A stretch of 64,000 bases of DNA from a virus (IMGVR_UViG_3300012987_000009:1690-65689), one strand, 5' to 3'; counted from the first letter of the stretch, positions 25,281-36,257 are shown. Numbers and translations: made by a program. The notes: generated by a model not told the origin, from the letters alone.

Positions 25281-27766
25281 TGGATAGTAATGATTTATTT
25301 CCTAGCGACCCTCTACTTAATAGATTCTTTTTGAATCCTGCTGAAAAACAGAATAAGGAAAGGGGGAAAAAAATAGTTAAAGATTTCTATAACAAACAAA
25401 CAAATAATAATACAGATACTAATTTCTTCCGGCTGCGTAATGCCAGATGGAATGAATTGTTGCTCTGGGCAAAGGGCAGTCAAAAAATGGCTGAGTTCTT
25501 AGATTTCATGAATGTGGAGTCGGCTAACAAAGCGTATGTTAATCTTGACTACACGCAGTCGCGAGTAGCTGCACAATTTATGGGTACGCTTGTTGAATCA
25601 TTGAGTAAGAATAAAACTTACCCATGCGTTACCGCAATTGATGACGGCTCTGTGAGAGAAAAAGAGGATCGGTTGTTTGAGGCGTTATATCGAATGCACA
25701 ATGTCAAAGAAATAGATGAGCTTCAGCAAAAGGCGGGTATAATGCTGGAACCACCAAATGCATATGTGCCAGATGATGAAATGTCGGCGCGGGTGTATTT
25801 TGAGTTAGAGGACAGGCTGCCAAAGGAAATAAAGTTTGAAAAACTCCTTAATAAAACCCAGAACGATATAAAATTCGAAAGGGTTGCCAATCGAAAAACA
25901 CTTTCCCATCTTACTATTTTAAACTTTGGGTGTACCAAAATTGAAAGGTGTGCGCCTGGCGAGTATACTGTGCGGGTGTGTATTCCAACAAATATGGTGT
26001 TTAATTTCTTTGAAAATGATACCAGCGAACATGAGGTAGATATGGTTGGGGAATTTTATAATTTAAAGGTAAAAGATGCAAAATTAAAAATACCGGGCCT
26101 TACGGAAAAACAATGGTATGAGCTGGCTAAGTATTCAACAACAAAGAATGTTGGGTACTTCAATATAATGTGGAATGACAACTGGGCTCAAACAACTTAC
26201 AATCAAAATAGGCCATACGATGATTGTTCTATTTTGGTATTTGATTGTGAGATTAATTGTGGTGAAGATGTTTATTATGTAGAGAAGCCGGACGCATACG
26301 GGAAGCCAAACATAACTCAAAAAAAGAGCATCCCATATCAACAGGTAACAAAGGATGGACAAATAATCCAACAAGAAAAGCCAGAAGATGTAGAGATAAT
26401 TAAGAAGAAGAAAAACACTTGGATGCGTGGCATATATGCCCCTTATGGGGATATGATGCTTTATTGGGGTGCGCCAGATCTGATCATCCCGCAATACACC
26501 AACACGTCAAAGCCGCTATCATCTTACACAATTAACATCCCGAATAATGATGGAGAGTATGTGCCGTCGTTATTTGAACGTGGGATGGAAGTGCTGCGCG
26601 AATACCAAATTACAAAGCTGAAGCGCAAACAACTTATTGCCAAAATAAAGCCTTCTGGCATACGAATAGATGTTGAGAGTGCCAGAAATTTAGATATTGG
26701 TAATGGCGATTCAATTTCATGGGAAGAAGTGGTTCGCATTTACGATCAAACAGGGAATGAATTGTGGAGCAGTAAGGGGCTTGATCCATTACAAAGGGAA
26801 ACGCCACCGTTAAGCAATACAGTTAGGGATGAAAGCATAGATAAGGTAATTGGCCTTACAAATGTACTTGCCACTCAATTGCAAGAGTTAAGGCAGTTAT
26901 GGGGTGTTCCGCAATACAGGGATGGTAGTGATGTTGGTGATCGCACAGCCGCCAAATTAGCCGAAGGCCAGAATGAAAGTTCTTATAATGTGACTGATTT
27001 CATTCTGAATGCAAACAGTCAACTATGGGAAGAGACATTTTATAAATTGTGTTTGCTTCATTGGAACGACATAGTGAAAGCGGAGCCGGAATCAGAAAGT
27101 GATATGTTGGACAGCCGGTTTGATATAAAAGTTAAAACGAAGTCTACTGAATACGAAAGACAACGGCTGGAAGCGGATATTCAACGATTCAGTCAGATGC
27201 CGGATGCGCAGGGGAACCCGTCCATAACGTTGAAAGATGCTATGTTCATTCGTGAAATTATGGATGAATACAACTACAAACTAGCAACGTGGTATCTCAC
27301 GACTACATATGAAAGTAATAGGCGCAAGGCAATGGAAGAAAGTCAGCAGTTACAACAACAAAACCAAGAACTGCAAGCGCAGGTAGCACAGCAAACCGCG
27401 CAGAAAGAAATGGAGATGCAAATGCAAAAGCTGGAAGCTGAAAAAGAGCTGGCTGAACATAAGGCGTTGCAGGATATGAAGGTGGAGTTGATCAAGGGTA
27501 GTTTTACTATCGCTTCAAAAGCAGAAAACCCACAAATGCCATCATGGTTGAATACAGTTATCTCTCAATTAATACCAAATATAACCGTTCCGATTGCGCA
27601 GGAAAATAAAGACATGGCCCAAGAAGTTATATCGCAGCAGATGCAACAACAACAGGCTATGATGCAGCAACAGTCAGGCGAAGATGAACAAATGGAGGAT
27701 ATGCAAGGGCAGCAAGAAAGCCCTGAAATGGAGCAACAAGAAATGATGCAAGGACAAATGCAGTAA
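25280..27766 (+). CDS. portal protein
   Basis: 828 aa, directly before terminase, helical, long Q/M/E-rich coiled C-terminus. Confidence 0.75.
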   Translation: MDSNDLFPSDPLLNRFFLNPAEKQNKERGKKIVKDFYNKQTNNNTDTNFFRLRNARWNELLLWAKGSQKMAEFLDFMNVESANKAYVNLDYTQSRVAAQFMGTLVESLSKNKTYPCVTAIDDGSVREKEDRLFEALYRMHNVKEIDELQQKAGIMLEPPNAYVPDDEMSARVYFELEDRLPKEIKFEKLLNKTQNDIKFERVANRKTLSHLTILNFGCTKIERCAPGEYTVRVCIPTNMVFNFFENDTSEHEVDMVGEFYNLKVKDAKLKIPGLTEKQWYELAKYSTTKNVGYFNIMWNDNWAQTTYNQNRPYDDCSILVFDCEINCGEDVYYVEKPDAYGKPNITQKKSIPYQQVTKDGQIIQQEKPEDVEIIKKKKNTWMRGIYAPYGDMMLYWGAPDLIIPQYTNTSKPLSSYTINIPNNDGEYVPSLFERGMEVLREYQITKLKRKQLIAKIKPSGIRIDVESARNLDIGNGDSISWEEVVRIYDQTGNELWSSKGLDPLQRETPPLSNTVRDESIDKVIGLTNVLATQLQELRQLWGVPQYRDGSDVGDRTAAKLAEGQNESSYNVTDFILNANSQLWEETFYKLCLLHWNDIVKAEPESESDMLDSRFDIKVKTKSTEYERQRLEADIQRFSQMPDAQGNPSITLKDAMFIREIMDEYNYKLATWYLTTTYESNRRKAMEESQQLQQQNQELQAQVAQQTAQKEMEMQMQKLEAEKELAEHKALQDMKVELIKGSFTIASKAENPQMPSWLNTVISQLIPNITVPIAQENKDMAQEVISQQMQQQQAMMQQQSGEDEQMEDMQGQQESPEMEQQEMMQGQMQ

Positions 27767-27767
27767 T

Positions 27768-28067
27768 ATGACACTAGAAGAAAAAGTAGCTCTCTATGAG
27801 CAGAATGGCGCAGCTAAATTGTTTTATAGTCTTAATCGAAAAATGAATGAGATGGCTGATCTTATGAATAAGACAAAGCTATCTGATATATCATTGGATG
27901 ATCCGAAGGATAAAACATTTGAACGTTTGAAGGTTATTTGGAATGATGCAGCTAGTATAGCTATAGCTGTAAAGGCACTCGGAGACTCTGCCGGAGTAAC
28001 AGGTGATGAAAAGAAGGACGTAGAGAAAAAACCATTCAATGACAGATTAGCAATGGATCGTAATTAA
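27768..28067 (+). CDS. putative terminase small subunit
   Basis: 99-aa helical ORF coupled to terL; position only. Confidence 0.45.
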   Translation: MTLEEKVALYEQNGAAKLFYSLNRKMNEMADLMNKTKLSDISLDDPKDKTFERLKVIWNDAASIAIAVKALGDSAGVTGDEKKDVEKKPFNDRLAMDRN

Positions 28068-30154
28068 TGAGTGAAGTTATAGAGATATATGGGTCGAAAA
28101 TAAGACTACCAGAACGTCCGGCTGACGAAGATGGTATTAATTTTGGGCTTCCTAGAAAAGAACAAAAATGGGCTAAAAAAGAACTGCCTGCATTCTTTGA
28201 AAAGGTCGAGTATTCAAAGGATGGTAAGTTGATGTTAACTAGTGAGCAAGATGCATACGCTGAAAAAGAACTAAAAAGATGTAGGGATGGGGCCTGGATT
28301 TGGATTGGCGAAAAGATGCGTTACATAACAGGGCGTTATTATTTTTATTTACAGTACTATATTTTGGAGGATGGGAATGCTCCTGATTTCAGAGAGGCAG
28401 ATAGATTGTATTTTCTTTTCTTTCAATATTGGTTTTCTGTATTGTGGTGCTTAGGTATAATCAGAATAAAAAAGCGCCGCCAAGGGGCTTCTTCGCAATC
28501 GTGTTCTAATATATTGTATGAGGCGATCTTCTATAAAAACTCAAACTGCGGGTTAATATCTAAGACCAGGGAGGACAGCAAAGCTACATTCACCGAAATG
28601 GTAACTAATGCCTATCAGTTACTGCCCCCATTTTTTAAACAAAAATTAGTTGGCAAAGAGGAGTCGGTTACTGAATTGGTACTCGCGCATGATAAGGGGG
28701 CTAATTCTAAAATAAACTATCGAGCCCCTGTGTTAAATGCGTATGACCGTGGCCGTATGTCATATGTTTTGGGAGATGAATTTGGCAAGTTGGCCCCAGA
28801 CGTACCTGCATCTAAGCTATTAGGTATTATTTCTAAAACGTTAGTCAAGGGGGTTAAGCGTGTTGGTTGGATTGATTTGCCATCAACGGTGAATGAGCTC
28901 ACTAAGGGTGGGGGTGCTGAGTATCAGAAGATATTTGACGCGGCAAACCAGTTTAAGCGTAAGCCTACAATAAACAGGATTGTAAGGTTTTTCCAGCCTG
29001 CATATGAAGCATTCGAGGGGTTTATAGACGAGTTTGGCGATAGTGTTATAGATGTTCCTACGCAAGAGCAGTATGATTACTTGGTTGCTAAGTGGGTTCA
29101 GTATAACGAAGATGGAGATCTGATTTCAGAGTTGTGCGAAGATGATATTAAACTTGGGGCTAAGGTTTATGTGATGCATAAACGTCGTGATGGGTTGAGC
29201 GAGGAGGCGTTGGAAGAAGAAACACGTATGAATCCATGTGATGAAGGAGAGGCTTTCATGTTTATGGGTATGGGGTGTGAGTTTAATTCTGGCAACATTA
29301 AAAAACAGCAAAATAGACTAGAAGAGAGCCCTGTCTTTTTAAGACAATGCCGCCTTGAAAAGAAAACAGAAACAATTAAGGGTGATGTATTAGGCGCGAA
29401 GGACAAAAAGAAGGTAAGTGTTAATTTCATGGATGATGAAAAAGGCGGCTGGCTTCTTTTTGAAAAACCCATTAATGAGAATAGTTTCAGATATGACGGG
29501 AAGGGGTTTGAGCCATTAAATAAACACCTGTATCAAATAGGGGTAGACACAACAAAAGATGATTTCGCTTTGGATGGATCAAAACCTACTATCTGTGTGT
29601 TTAAGAAATCGTTGATAATTGAAGGGGAGGAAACCGGTAATTATCCGGTTGCATACTATATTGACAAGACCAGATTAGATGTACACTTTGATGATGAGGT
29701 CTTGAAAGCTTGTTTGTGGTATGGGTGTACTGCTAACTATGAAATTGACGCGAGGACAGATTTCTATAAATTTTTCTGGAAAGAAGGGGCTAATTCAATG
29801 CTTGAATGGACGCCAAAGTTTGCCCAAAATCCAGTAAATTTTACTCCTGCTAAATTTAAACCAGGCACTCAGTCGGGCGACCCTTATCAGTTGGCGGCCC
29901 AATTGCAGGCGGCTAAAATGTATGTTGACGGGACTGATCCAGATAAATACAATGGGCATGTTCATAGAATTGTGTTCCCGACGCTCTTGGCGCAGTTATT
30001 AAAATATGATCATTCTGCTAGGACACCATCAGATCAGGTGATTGCTCTTATGATGGCTTTATTACCAATACTTGGTGAAAATGAAGTCAACAAAACAAAA
30101 GAAACAAAGCCTAAAGAGGTTTTAAAGACTTACAAAATTAAACTTTCAGCTTAG
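28067..30154 (+). CDS. terL: terminase large subunit
   Basis: Walker A-like IKKRRQGAS, Walker B VLGDEFGK, nuclease YQIGVDT, C-terminal SDQVIA. Confidence 0.88.
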   Translation: MSEVIEIYGSKIRLPERPADEDGINFGLPRKEQKWAKKELPAFFEKVEYSKDGKLMLTSEQDAYAEKELKRCRDGAWIWIGEKMRYITGRYYFYLQYYILEDGNAPDFREADRLYFLFFQYWFSVLWCLGIIRIKKRRQGASSQSCSNILYEAIFYKNSNCGLISKTREDSKATFTEMVTNAYQLLPPFFKQKLVGKEESVTELVLAHDKGANSKINYRAPVLNAYDRGRMSYVLGDEFGKLAPDVPASKLLGIISKTLVKGVKRVGWIDLPSTVNELTKGGGAEYQKIFDAANQFKRKPTINRIVRFFQPAYEAFEGFIDEFGDSVIDVPTQEQYDYLVAKWVQYNEDGDLISELCEDDIKLGAKVYVMHKRRDGLSEEALEEETRMNPCDEGEAFMFMGMGCEFNSGNIKKQQNRLEESPVFLRQCRLEKKTETIKGDVLGAKDKKKVSVNFMDDEKGGWLLFEKPINENSFRYDGKGFEPLNKHLYQIGVDTTKDDFALDGSKPTICVFKKSLIIEGEETGNYPVAYYIDKTRLDVHFDDEVLKACLWYGCTANYEIDARTDFYKFFWKEGANSMLEWTPKFAQNPVNFTPAKFKPGTQSGDPYQLAAQLQAAKMYVDGTDPDKYNGHVHRIVFPTLLAQLLKYDHSARTPSDQVIALMMALLPILGENEVNKTKETKPKEVLKTYKIKLSA

Positions 30155-30302
30155 ATTTTAAAACCAACCACTCTCTAACAATCTCCATTAGAGCATGAGC
30201 CTGTGAAGCCTTTAACTCTTTTTTTTCTGATTTGATTTCAACTTGTTTAAGAAGTACCGCTTTCCTCAAATCAGCTGGGAAATCCTTTAATAATTGGGGC
30301 AT
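30138..30302 (-). CDS. small antisense RHH-like protein (54 aa, not in ORF track)
   Basis: MPQLLKDFPADLRKAVLLKQVEIK...SQAHALMEIVREW; TAAATTTG lies 5 nt upstream of its ATG. Confidence 0.6.
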   Translation of the reverse strand: MPQLLKDFPADLRKAVLLKQVEIKSEKKELKASQAHALMEIVREWLVLKSKLKV

Positions 30303-30415
30303 AACTACAAATTTACGGGCCTTCGTGTCCGTTTGGGCCTTAGTTTGGTCTAAGGTACAAAAATACAGCCATTTATAAGGGGTATTTTTACTTCAAATAA
30401 AATACTCCCCATAAA

Positions 30416-31606
30416 ATGGCAGACGAGTTAATTCAGCAAACAGCTCCAGAAACAAATACAGAAGTTCAAGAACAAGCAGCCGCACCAGAAATGAGTTTGG
30501 CCGCTCATATGGCTATTGCATTAAATGGTGGGATTGCCCCGCAGGATACTGAAACCAGAGTAGCGCCTGATGCTACACAGGAAGCAGGAACCGCTGCGGC
30601 TGCGGCTGTATCTGATTCAGTTGTAAATGACCCTTTTGGTCTTTTTAAAGAAAAATTCGGGTATGAAAACCCCGATGCTGCAATAAAAGAGATTGAAGAA
30701 TTAAGGGCATTTAAGGCCCAGCCAAGAACACCTGAGTTCACAGTTCCAGATACAGAAAGCGCAGCTATTCTTCGTGCATTAGCTGCCGGTAAAAGAGAAG
30801 AAGTATGGAAGGCGTTAGACCATGAAATGAGGATCGAACGCCTTATAAATGCAGAAGTAAATAAGGACAGTGCAGCAGATATTGTAAAGATGGGCATGGC
30901 CCTGAAATATAAAGACCTTACTCCTGACGAAATAAACTACAAGTTTAATAAGCAATTTGCTGTCCCGCCTGAGCCAAAACAGATGGATCTTGAAGATGAT
31001 GATGCCTTTATGAGTAGGCACACTGCATGGAAGGATCAGGTGACGGATAAGCAAATGGAGCTTATGATTGAAGCAAAGCTGGCCAAGCCAGAGCTTCAAA
31101 ATGCAAAAGGTAAACTCGAAATCCCAGATATAGAAACTCCTGTCGATGAAGGGTATATCCAATATCAGAAAATGTTGGAAGAGAATGCCCGACTAGATGC
31201 GGAAACAAAAGCAGCGTATCAGAAATTAACACCAGAGGCTATAGAAACCAAGCTGAATTTTAAAGACGAAGCCAATAAAATAGCGTTTGAGTTTCAGTTT
31301 AAGCCGGATACTGACATGTTCAATAAGGCGGTGGATATTGCAACAAATGCCGATAAATTTTGGGGGCTATTTCAAAATTCGGACGGAACTCCGAATCAAA
31401 AACTATTCCTAGAATCTATCATGTATGCCCTTGATAAAAACAAGGTTTTGCTTTCAGCAATGAATCAAACAAAGAATGCAACTATCAAGGCACAGCTTCC
31501 TGACAACAGTGAGGGAGGATTGGTGCGACAAATTCCACAATCACAAGAGCCTAATGAACTGGATCAAAAGATGCGTGCTTCATTGAGAGGGTATGGCGGG
31601 TATTAA
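30416..31606 (+). CDS. capsid scaffolding protein
   Basis: Acidic, low-complexity helical protein directly before the capsid gene. Confidence 0.7.
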   Translation: MADELIQQTAPETNTEVQEQAAAPEMSLAAHMAIALNGGIAPQDTETRVAPDATQEAGTAAAAAVSDSVVNDPFGLFKEKFGYENPDAAIKEIEELRAFKAQPRTPEFTVPDTESAAILRALAAGKREEVWKALDHEMRIERLINAEVNKDSAADIVKMGMALKYKDLTPDEINYKFNKQFAVPPEPKQMDLEDDDAFMSRHTAWKDQVTDKQMELMIEAKLAKPELQNAKGKLEIPDIETPVDEGYIQYQKMLEENARLDAETKAAYQKLTPEAIETKLNFKDEANKIAFEFQFKPDTDMFNKAVDIATNADKFWGLFQNSDGTPNQKLFLESIMYALDKNKVLLSAMNQTKNATIKAQLPDNSEGGLVRQIPQSQEPNELDQKMRASLRGYGGY

Positions 31607-31640
31607 CAAACATTAACAACACTTTCAAAATTTATAAACT

Positions 31641-33047
31641 ATGCCATCCGCAATAGTTAGAGGCGCAACCGGCCAACCGGGTACAGTCGCATATCCTTCC
31701 GGGCTAACCACCGGTATTTTTAACGAACTTAACTTCGTAATTCCTGATTATATCCCTGGTCTAATCGCTAAATACGGTAACGAATCGTATATGCTTGCGA
31801 TGGAGATTTTGGGTAATACTAATATTGAGCAGGTAAATACAACCACCAATACCTTCTCACATTTTGAAAAGAGCCGTATTTATGGTTCTGGCTTAGTGGC
31901 AACTACTGTTGCTGCCGGTGCCGTTGGTGCTGCTGTTAACGTAACACTCAAAAGTCCTCAGTCATACAATGACGGTGCTACTGGTACGCAGTCACCTTTC
32001 CTTTTGAATCAGACAATAAAATTCCGCTCGAATGGTCTGAAGTTCAAATTGACAAACATCACTCGTACTACCAGCGCGTTTGTGTTAGAGCTTACGCCAA
32101 TGGGTGCTTATACCGTTCACTCTGGAACTGGGTCTACGGTTCTGGCGGGTGAAGGTCTGGAAACATTCGGTAACCAGTTAGCGGGCGAGGCTTCAGACAG
32201 CCAAGGAACGCAACAGCCTAAGCTGTACCGGTACGACAATACCGCCACAGTTTTACGAGCCTCTGTAAAAGCAAGCGATTTGGCTGGTATGAATAAAACC
32301 CAGATTGACTTCGGTAATGGCAGCCATTATCTACCAACATTGGCTATCACCACCATGAATCGGGTAATGATGACGGATATTGAGGATGCGGTTATGGAAG
32401 GAGTGCCTTATTCGAATATAGCCAATACTGTTGGTACGGTTGGTATCCTCCCAGATGTTACTGCGCGTGGTTCTGAGGTTGATTATGTTCAGGGAAGTTT
32501 CATTATTGGAGATTTCCAGAATTTTACAAATGTTTTGGATGCTAATGGTGGCCCACGCGAGTACCACTTCTTGCAAGATCTGAAGCAACGTCAAGATATA
32601 AACAACCTGTTGTTTGGTATATATCGTAATGGGGCGATCAGTTATGGTTCAGTAGGTACAAGTGCCGAAGCGGCTGTAAGCTATGGCTTCAAGAGTTTCT
32701 CTACTGACACTTTTGATTTTCACTTCCACCGTTACAAAGGGTTCACTGCGCAGGCTGTGTTTGGTTATACTCCAACAGTTGGCGATTATCGCGCCTATTT
32801 TGGCTTCGGTGTGCCACAAGGTATGACCGTAGACGCTAAGGATAGCTCTACTCGGCCGTACATGCAGTGGGTTTATCAACAAAACCCTGACATCCCAACA
32901 TCTCAGCGTATTTACAGCTGGGATCTGGGATATACAAAAAACACGAAGACCACAATTGCGGCTAACTTTTACGAGCAAATTGCATATGTTGGTTCTCGCG
33001 TTACTGCCGCTGAGCAGTTTGCGATATTAAAAGGTATCATTTCATAA
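31641..33047 (+). CDS. major capsid protein
   Basis: 468 aa after scaffold, followed by a strong terminator; distinct codon usage; HK97-like layout. Confidence 0.8.
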   Translation: MPSAIVRGATGQPGTVAYPSGLTTGIFNELNFVIPDYIPGLIAKYGNESYMLAMEILGNTNIEQVNTTTNTFSHFEKSRIYGSGLVATTVAAGAVGAAVNVTLKSPQSYNDGATGTQSPFLLNQTIKFRSNGLKFKLTNITRTTSAFVLELTPMGAYTVHSGTGSTVLAGEGLETFGNQLAGEASDSQGTQQPKLYRYDNTATVLRASVKASDLAGMNKTQIDFGNGSHYLPTLAITTMNRVMMTDIEDAVMEGVPYSNIANTVGTVGILPDVTARGSEVDYVQGSFIIGDFQNFTNVLDANGGPREYHFLQDLKQRQDINNLLFGIYRNGAISYGSVGTSAEAAVSYGFKSFSTDTFDFHFHRYKGFTAQAVFGYTPTVGDYRAYFGFGVPQGMTVDAKDSSTRPYMQWVYQQNPDIPTSQRIYSWDLGYTKNTKTTIAANFYEQIAYVGSRVTAAEQFAILKGIIS

Positions 33048-33056
33048 TTCATAACC

Positions 33057-33088
33057 ATATAGGGGCGTTAAATCGCCCCTATATTTTA
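33057..33088 (+). terminator. intrinsic terminator
   Basis: ATATAGGGGCG-TTAAAT-CGCCCCTATAT-TTT. Confidence 0.75.
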
Positions 33089-33100
33089 ATTTAAAAAATC

Positions 33101-34099
33101 ATGGCAGACACTAACAATGAGTTAGTCCCAGAAAAAGAAAAAAAGGAGCGGAAGAAAAGGGAACCAAAAATCCAGTCAGATAAACCTGTAACGCAGAATG
33201 TGGATGATAGTGATAAATGGCCGGTGGAAGCTGCGTATTTGGCGATGGAGTTTGATCCGCAAAAGAAGTACATGTTCGAGCTGGCTGTACAGAATATGGA
33301 AAGAGAAATGCCGGTTATAGAGGTAGAGGGACAAAAGTCACGGATCATTAAAACGGATAAGTATAAGCCCTACCAAAACATTGTTCTTACATCTCAGGTA
33401 ATTTGGAAAGGTCAGCGAAGAATTTGCCGGTATTATGATGGGTGTACATCCATATTTGCTGATGAGCAGCCGAAGGATAAAGAGGAAATAGATCAATACA
33501 TTAAAATTACGCAGCCAAGGGCGTTCTTGAAAGGTAAGTTTGGTGTGTATGGAGATGAGAAGATGTTGCTATTGTATCTGATGATTTGTTCTTGGAATGA
33601 AGAGAGCCCATTTAGAACACGTAGTGCTAATGTGATATTTAAGGCATCTGATACGGTTAAAATAGCTTCAGCCGAATCAGCAAAATTGGATGAGACAGAG
33701 CGGGCGTTGCAGTTGGCAAAAGATGCATCAAGAATAAAGATGATCATTCATTCTGCCTTCTTGGGTATAGAAACAGAGGATTTTGATTCTGGGAATCCGC
33801 TGACCGACAAAGAGATCAGAACTAAATATCGCAGACGCGCATTGGAAGATTCTGCTTACTTCATAGAAAGCTATGGGAACAAGGCGATAGAGGTTAAGTA
33901 TTATATTAACCAGGCACTTCTGAAAGGGTTAATTACAAATAAGTTCAATCCGAATAAGGCAACATGGCAAAACGGGAAAGAAATATGCGATATTTCCGGA
34001 TTGAAATCGAATGATGCTATCGGGGAGAAAATATTTGAGTTTAGCCAGCTGGAAGATGGTCAAGAATTTACTATTCAACTGAAGGCTTTGTTTAGTTAA
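33101..34099 (+). CDS. virion-module protein following the capsid gene
   Basis: 332 aa, CRYYDGCTSIFADEQ block; position. Confidence 0.6.
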   Translation: MADTNNELVPEKEKKERKKREPKIQSDKPVTQNVDDSDKWPVEAAYLAMEFDPQKKYMFELAVQNMEREMPVIEVEGQKSRIIKTDKYKPYQNIVLTSQVIWKGQRRICRYYDGCTSIFADEQPKDKEEIDQYIKITQPRAFLKGKFGVYGDEKMLLLYLMICSWNEESPFRTRSANVIFKASDTVKIASAESAKLDETERALQLAKDASRIKMIIHSAFLGIETEDFDSGNPLTDKEIRTKYRRRALEDSAYFIESYGNKAIEVKYYINQALLKGLITNKFNPNKATWQNGKEICDISGLKSNDAIGEKIFEFSQLEDGQEFTIQLKALFS

Positions 34100-34127
34100 A
34101 CTATTTATAGAGTACTCTTTTAAAAAC

Positions 34128-34160
34128 AAAAGCCTATCTGTGAGAATGGATAGGCTTTTA
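34128..34160 (+). terminator. intrinsic terminator
   Basis: AAAAGCCTATC...GATAGGCTTTT. Confidence 0.75.
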
Positions 34161-34174
34161 TTCTTTTAAACAAT

Positions 34175-34846
34175 ATGGCGTTAACAACTGATTATCTATA
34201 CCAGTATACGCTGAATTTGATTAGAAAAAATCAAGCAGGAGCGTTAGGTTCTGTTGAATGGGCTCGTCACTGGAATGATGCTCAATCGGCATATATGGAT
34301 GATATGCTTGGTAGGTTTCAAGGAAGGACAAATGGGAAGGCTGGAATAAATACCGGGTTGATAGAAAATCAAACCATACTTCAAAAACTATCACCGTTTA
34401 CAAAAAACGCAACAGTTGCTATTGCATCTGGCAATGGCAACAAGCCATCTGGGTTTGTTTATGAATTAGCATTAAGGATAAATGGAAAAGATGTCAGAAA
34501 GATAAATCACGATCAAATAGCGACGGTTAACGATAATGTAATAGATCCCCCATCCATATCGTCTGATACTTATTATGTAGTTGAATACGAAGGGTATTAT
34601 ACTTTTCTCCCATCAGGAGTATCTTCAGCATCACTAGATTACATCGTTGCACCAACGGATATTGTGTGGGGGTTTATTATTTCTGGTGGGCGGCAAACAT
34701 ATAATTCAGCTACCAGTGTTCAACCACTTTGGGATAATAATTCTTGTAGGGAGATAACCAGACGTGTGTTAGACACGGTTGGCGTTTCTTACAAGGATTC
34801 TGATTTTGCAGGATTTGGTAATAGAGTAGTAAATACAGGAAACTAA
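34175..34846 (+). CDS. head-tail ring/adaptor protein 1
   Basis: 223 aa; first of three similarly sized helix-beta-helix genes before the tail-stabilisation gene. Confidence 0.6.
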   Translation: MALTTDYLYQYTLNLIRKNQAGALGSVEWARHWNDAQSAYMDDMLGRFQGRTNGKAGINTGLIENQTILQKLSPFTKNATVAIASGNGNKPSGFVYELALRINGKDVRKINHDQIATVNDNVIDPPSISSDTYYVVEYEGYYTFLPSGVSSASLDYIVAPTDIVWGFIISGGRQTYNSATSVQPLWDNNSCREITRRVLDTVGVSYKDSDFAGFGNRVVNTGN

Positions 34847-34848
34847 TA

Positions 34849-35517
34849 ATGGCATCCTTAATAACATACACAAAGAAACTTTTAGTACAACGTATTCGGC
34901 AGGATCTTGCTAATGATTTTCCGGACTCTGAGTTTGCTATTTCAGAACGGGAAGTGTTGCTGCATATTGATCAAGCTCTTGCGTATAATGCTGTAGGTCA
35001 GGTGTACAACGGGGCTAAGGTTTTGGGATCACTTGAAGTGCCAGAAGGGTATTTGACTCGTTATGCGTTGGCCGCATTAGTTCAAGATACAATTACTGGT
35101 GAATGGTACGCCACCTTGCCGCAACCACCGGTTTCGTTGCCATTGGGGTACAGTATTACTAGATGTTATTTTGCGAGTACCCAAAATGGTGTAAGCCAGG
35201 AAATTCTTCCAATAAAGGCCAAGCGGGTAGCTTATAGAAGCAATATGCCGCGTCCGGCAGGAGCCGAATACAAGATAAGCAATGGGGGTACGATATTCAT
35301 AACAGCTAATGACGGGGCCGTGTTATCTGGCGTTTCTGTATATGTTGAAATGTTAAATACTCGTACATCATCTATGACTGATGTTTTAAACTTACCAGAT
35401 GACGCAATTGAGGGGATATATAACTTAGCTTATGCCAAGCTGGTGCAAAGATATAAAATGCCAAAAGATGTTATTGAAGACCAAATTGGCGCAGGTAATA
35501 CAACCCAAAAATCATAA
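34849..35517 (+). CDS. head-tail ring/adaptor protein 2
   Basis: 222 aa; position and size. Confidence 0.6.
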   Translation: MASLITYTKKLLVQRIRQDLANDFPDSEFAISEREVLLHIDQALAYNAVGQVYNGAKVLGSLEVPEGYLTRYALAALVQDTITGEWYATLPQPPVSLPLGYSITRCYFASTQNGVSQEILPIKAKRVAYRSNMPRPAGAEYKISNGGTIFITANDGAVLSGVSVYVEMLNTRTSSMTDVLNLPDDAIEGIYNLAYAKLVQRYKMPKDVIEDQIGAGNTTQKS

Positions 35518-35520
35518 TGA

Positions 35521-36255
35521 ATGACTGATATTACACAATATGTGCCGCTTAAACAAATAGTTTCATATATGATTGATGAAACTAATGAATCCATAGGTAG
35601 CTTTGATAGAGCTTGGGTACTAGCTTTTCGTGGGTTGGTGGATATGTTGTTTGATGTGACCGCAGAGGCTATAACTGTTAGATTGCCAGTGTTGGGTAAT
35701 AAAACTGTTCCGTTCCCTGCTGATTATTTGTCATGGGTAAAAATTGGTATTCTTAATGAGAATGGGGAGGTTAGTACATTAAAGATAAATGATGCGTTGA
35801 CTACATTCAAGGACAACAACCCCAATCGCTTAGATCAAATTAATGGGGATGTAAATGATGCAGCCCCACTACTGTTAGGCAGCCCATTTTATTTAAACTA
35901 TTACTACAATAACACTTATCAGCCATTGTTTGGTGTAGGAGGTGGGCTGATCCAGTATGGAGAGTGCAGAATAGATGACAAGAATAATATTATAGTATTA
36001 CCTCCGGATTTTAGGTTTGATAGTATTATATTGGAATATATAAGTAGTCCACAGAAAAATGGAGATTACCATGTGCCAATTGTTGCGCAGGAAGCCATTA
36101 TTGCTTTTATAAAATGGAAAAGCAAAACAGGAACAGAGAGGGAATATGTATCTGCACAGATAAAAGCAAGACGAAGGATGCCAAAAAAGAAGGTGTCGCT
36201 GCAAAAAATAAACCAGATATTAAGGGAAAGTGAAGCACAAAAACTTAGATCATAG
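35521..36255 (+). CDS. head-tail ring/adaptor protein 3
   Basis: 244 aa; VPFPADYLSWVKIG block; position. Confidence 0.6.
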   Translation: MTDITQYVPLKQIVSYMIDETNESIGSFDRAWVLAFRGLVDMLFDVTAEAITVRLPVLGNKTVPFPADYLSWVKIGILNENGEVSTLKINDALTTFKDNNPNRLDQINGDVNDAAPLLLGSPFYLNYYYNNTYQPLFGVGGGLIQYGECRIDDKNNIIVLPPDFRFDSIILEYISSPQKNGDYHVPIVAQEAIIAFIKWKSKTGTEREYVSAQIKARRRMPKKKVSLQKINQILRESEAQKLRS

Positions 36256-36257
36256 TA

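Noticed and set aside
27400-27766. Q/M/E-rich low-complexity tail of the portal as a separate repeat element
   Set aside because: Protein-level low complexity common in portal barrels; no discrete DNA repeat unit
30505-31162. Minus-strand ORFs of 115-130 aa inside the scaffold gene (also 47566-48111, 37439-37810 and similar)
   Set aside because: Shadow frames of real plus-strand genes, with antisense-typical composition and no motifs
31641-36255. C-terminal Ser on capsid, 332-aa protein and two ring proteins as glycosylation sites
   Set aside because: Echoes mycobacteriophage virion glycosylation, but there is no Gly/Ser linker extension and single residues are weak evidence
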